Origin: an uncultured Bacilli bacterium
GTDB lineage: Bacteria; Bacillota_I; Bacilli_A; RF39; UBA660
Assembly (NCBI GenBank): GCA_947625535.1
Contig: CANQOR010000002.1
Location: 9,507-73,506, forward strand
Length of the DNA stretch: 64,000 bases
Reading direction: 5' to 3'
The translations under genes were made by a program, and so were the position numbers. Of the stretch, positions 63,194 through 64,000 are shown one piece after another. Below the pieces are notes generated by a model. That model made no database searches and was not told the origin of the DNA. It saw nothing but the letters and a program-made list of their open reading frames with translations. Numbering within the stretch: the first letter of the stretch is position 1; the number at the start of each line of letters is the position of its first letter.

Positions 63194-64000
63194 ATGTTTA
63201 AAAATGATACTAGTGTTTTTGATAAGATAAATAAGTATTTAGCTAAAAAGGGACACGAAATGTTTCTTTCAATTTATTTAAAAGATTATAATGGGAATAA
63301 TATTTATGTAAGATTTGATTTTGTTTCTAAGTTATCAGTTTATAAAATTGTTTGGGTAGATTTAAATTTCTTTGATGAAAAACATATTGAAGATTATGTT
63401 AATATTCAAATGGTAACAAAGTATTTGTCAATGAAGATAGTTGAAAAGTTAACAGAAGAAGAATATGAAAATAAGTATGCCTTAGATGATGAAATATTAG
63501 GCGATAGAGTAGAAGTATTAACTTATTTTAAAGGAACACATGAATATATTTTTGATAGGTTTTTGCCTTTAGATTGGGAATTTTTAGTTGATCCTTTAGC
63601 AATGATATTTTCTTATTTACCACGTAGTATGGAAGTGTTTTTAAATGAGATATTTGCTAAGTATGATCATTTAGAAGATAGTTATAATTATATGAAACCA
63701 GTTAAGTTTGATTTATTAAAGGGAGATGCTAAGAAAGTATTTAAACCTCAAATAATAGAACGTGGTAAAAAATATTATGAAGCTGGTAAAGTATCTTTCT
63801 TAGAAAAGTTAGATAATAGATATATAGCTATTGTTGATGGAACAGAACCATATTTAGTTATTATTGAAGAAGTAGATGATGAACATGTTTTAATGTGGTG
63901 TAATTGTAAATATAGTACTTTTTGTAAACATTTATATGCTGTTATTTTAGCTATAAGAAATGAAAAGTTTAATAATTTTTATAAAGTTAAATATATTGGT
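63194..64000 (+). CDS. SWIM zinc-finger protein (3' end outside the window; absent from the supplied ORF track)
   Basis: ATG 63194 opens a frame with no stop through base 64000 (269 codons). SWIM signature CNCKYSTFCKHLYAV (CxC...CxH) lies near the window end. Confidence 0.55.
   Translation, partial: MFKNDTSVFDKINKYLAKKGHEMFLSIYLKDYNGNNIYVRFDFVSKLSVYKIVWVDLNFFDEKHIEDYVNIQMVTKYLSMKIVEKLTEEEYENKYALDDEILGDRVEVLTYFKGTHEYIFDRFLPLDWEFLVDPLAMIFSYLPRSMEVFLNEIFAKYDHLEDSYNYMKPVKFDLLKGDAKKVFKPQIIERGKKYYEAGKVSFLEKLDNRYIAIVDGTEPYLVIIEEVDDEHVLMWCNCKYSTFCKHLYAVILAIRNEKFNNFYKVKYIG

Overview
This window is chromosomal DNA from a very AT-rich, spore-forming Bacillota (Firmicutes) organism. Sporulation markers include a CotY/CotZ/ExsY-like coat protein, dacB-spmA-spmB, yunB and yutD. 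The flanks (1-11.7 kb and 41.6-64 kb) carry ordinary housekeeping genes: csp, hisS, trpS, rmuC, rluB, ferredoxin, Nfu, yidD, a GH25 muramidase, NUDIX/ASCH/HD enzymes, and 12 tRNA genes in four small transcription units. The centre (about 11.77-41.57 kb, all on the + strand) is a roughly 30 kb accessory locus joining two machines. The first is a Tad/Flp-like (type IVc) pilus module: CpaB-like, CpaF/TadA ATPase, TadB, TadC, a TadZ-like pseudo-ATPase, five pilin-like proteins with an unusual short MKE(A/S) N-terminus, a 1951-aa Cys-rich secreted giant protein, and an embedded FAD-oxidoreductase::polytopic-membrane fusion gene. The second is a Gram-positive-type type IV secretion system: two VirB2-like paralogs, VirB6-like, VirB3/PrgI-like, a VirB4 split into two coupled ORFs, a SpoIID-like + NlpC/P60 wall hydrolase, a lipoprotein, and a VirD4-type coupling protein. 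I found no relaxase, integrase, replication gene, prepilin peptidase or flanking repeats in the window, so it does not look like a standard ICE. I flag it as the candidate novel system. Smaller points of interest are a His-rich leader-peptide attenuator in front of hisS and a sortase with a dedicated non-LPXTG substrate. All protein-family calls come from motif recognition by eye. No database search was run.
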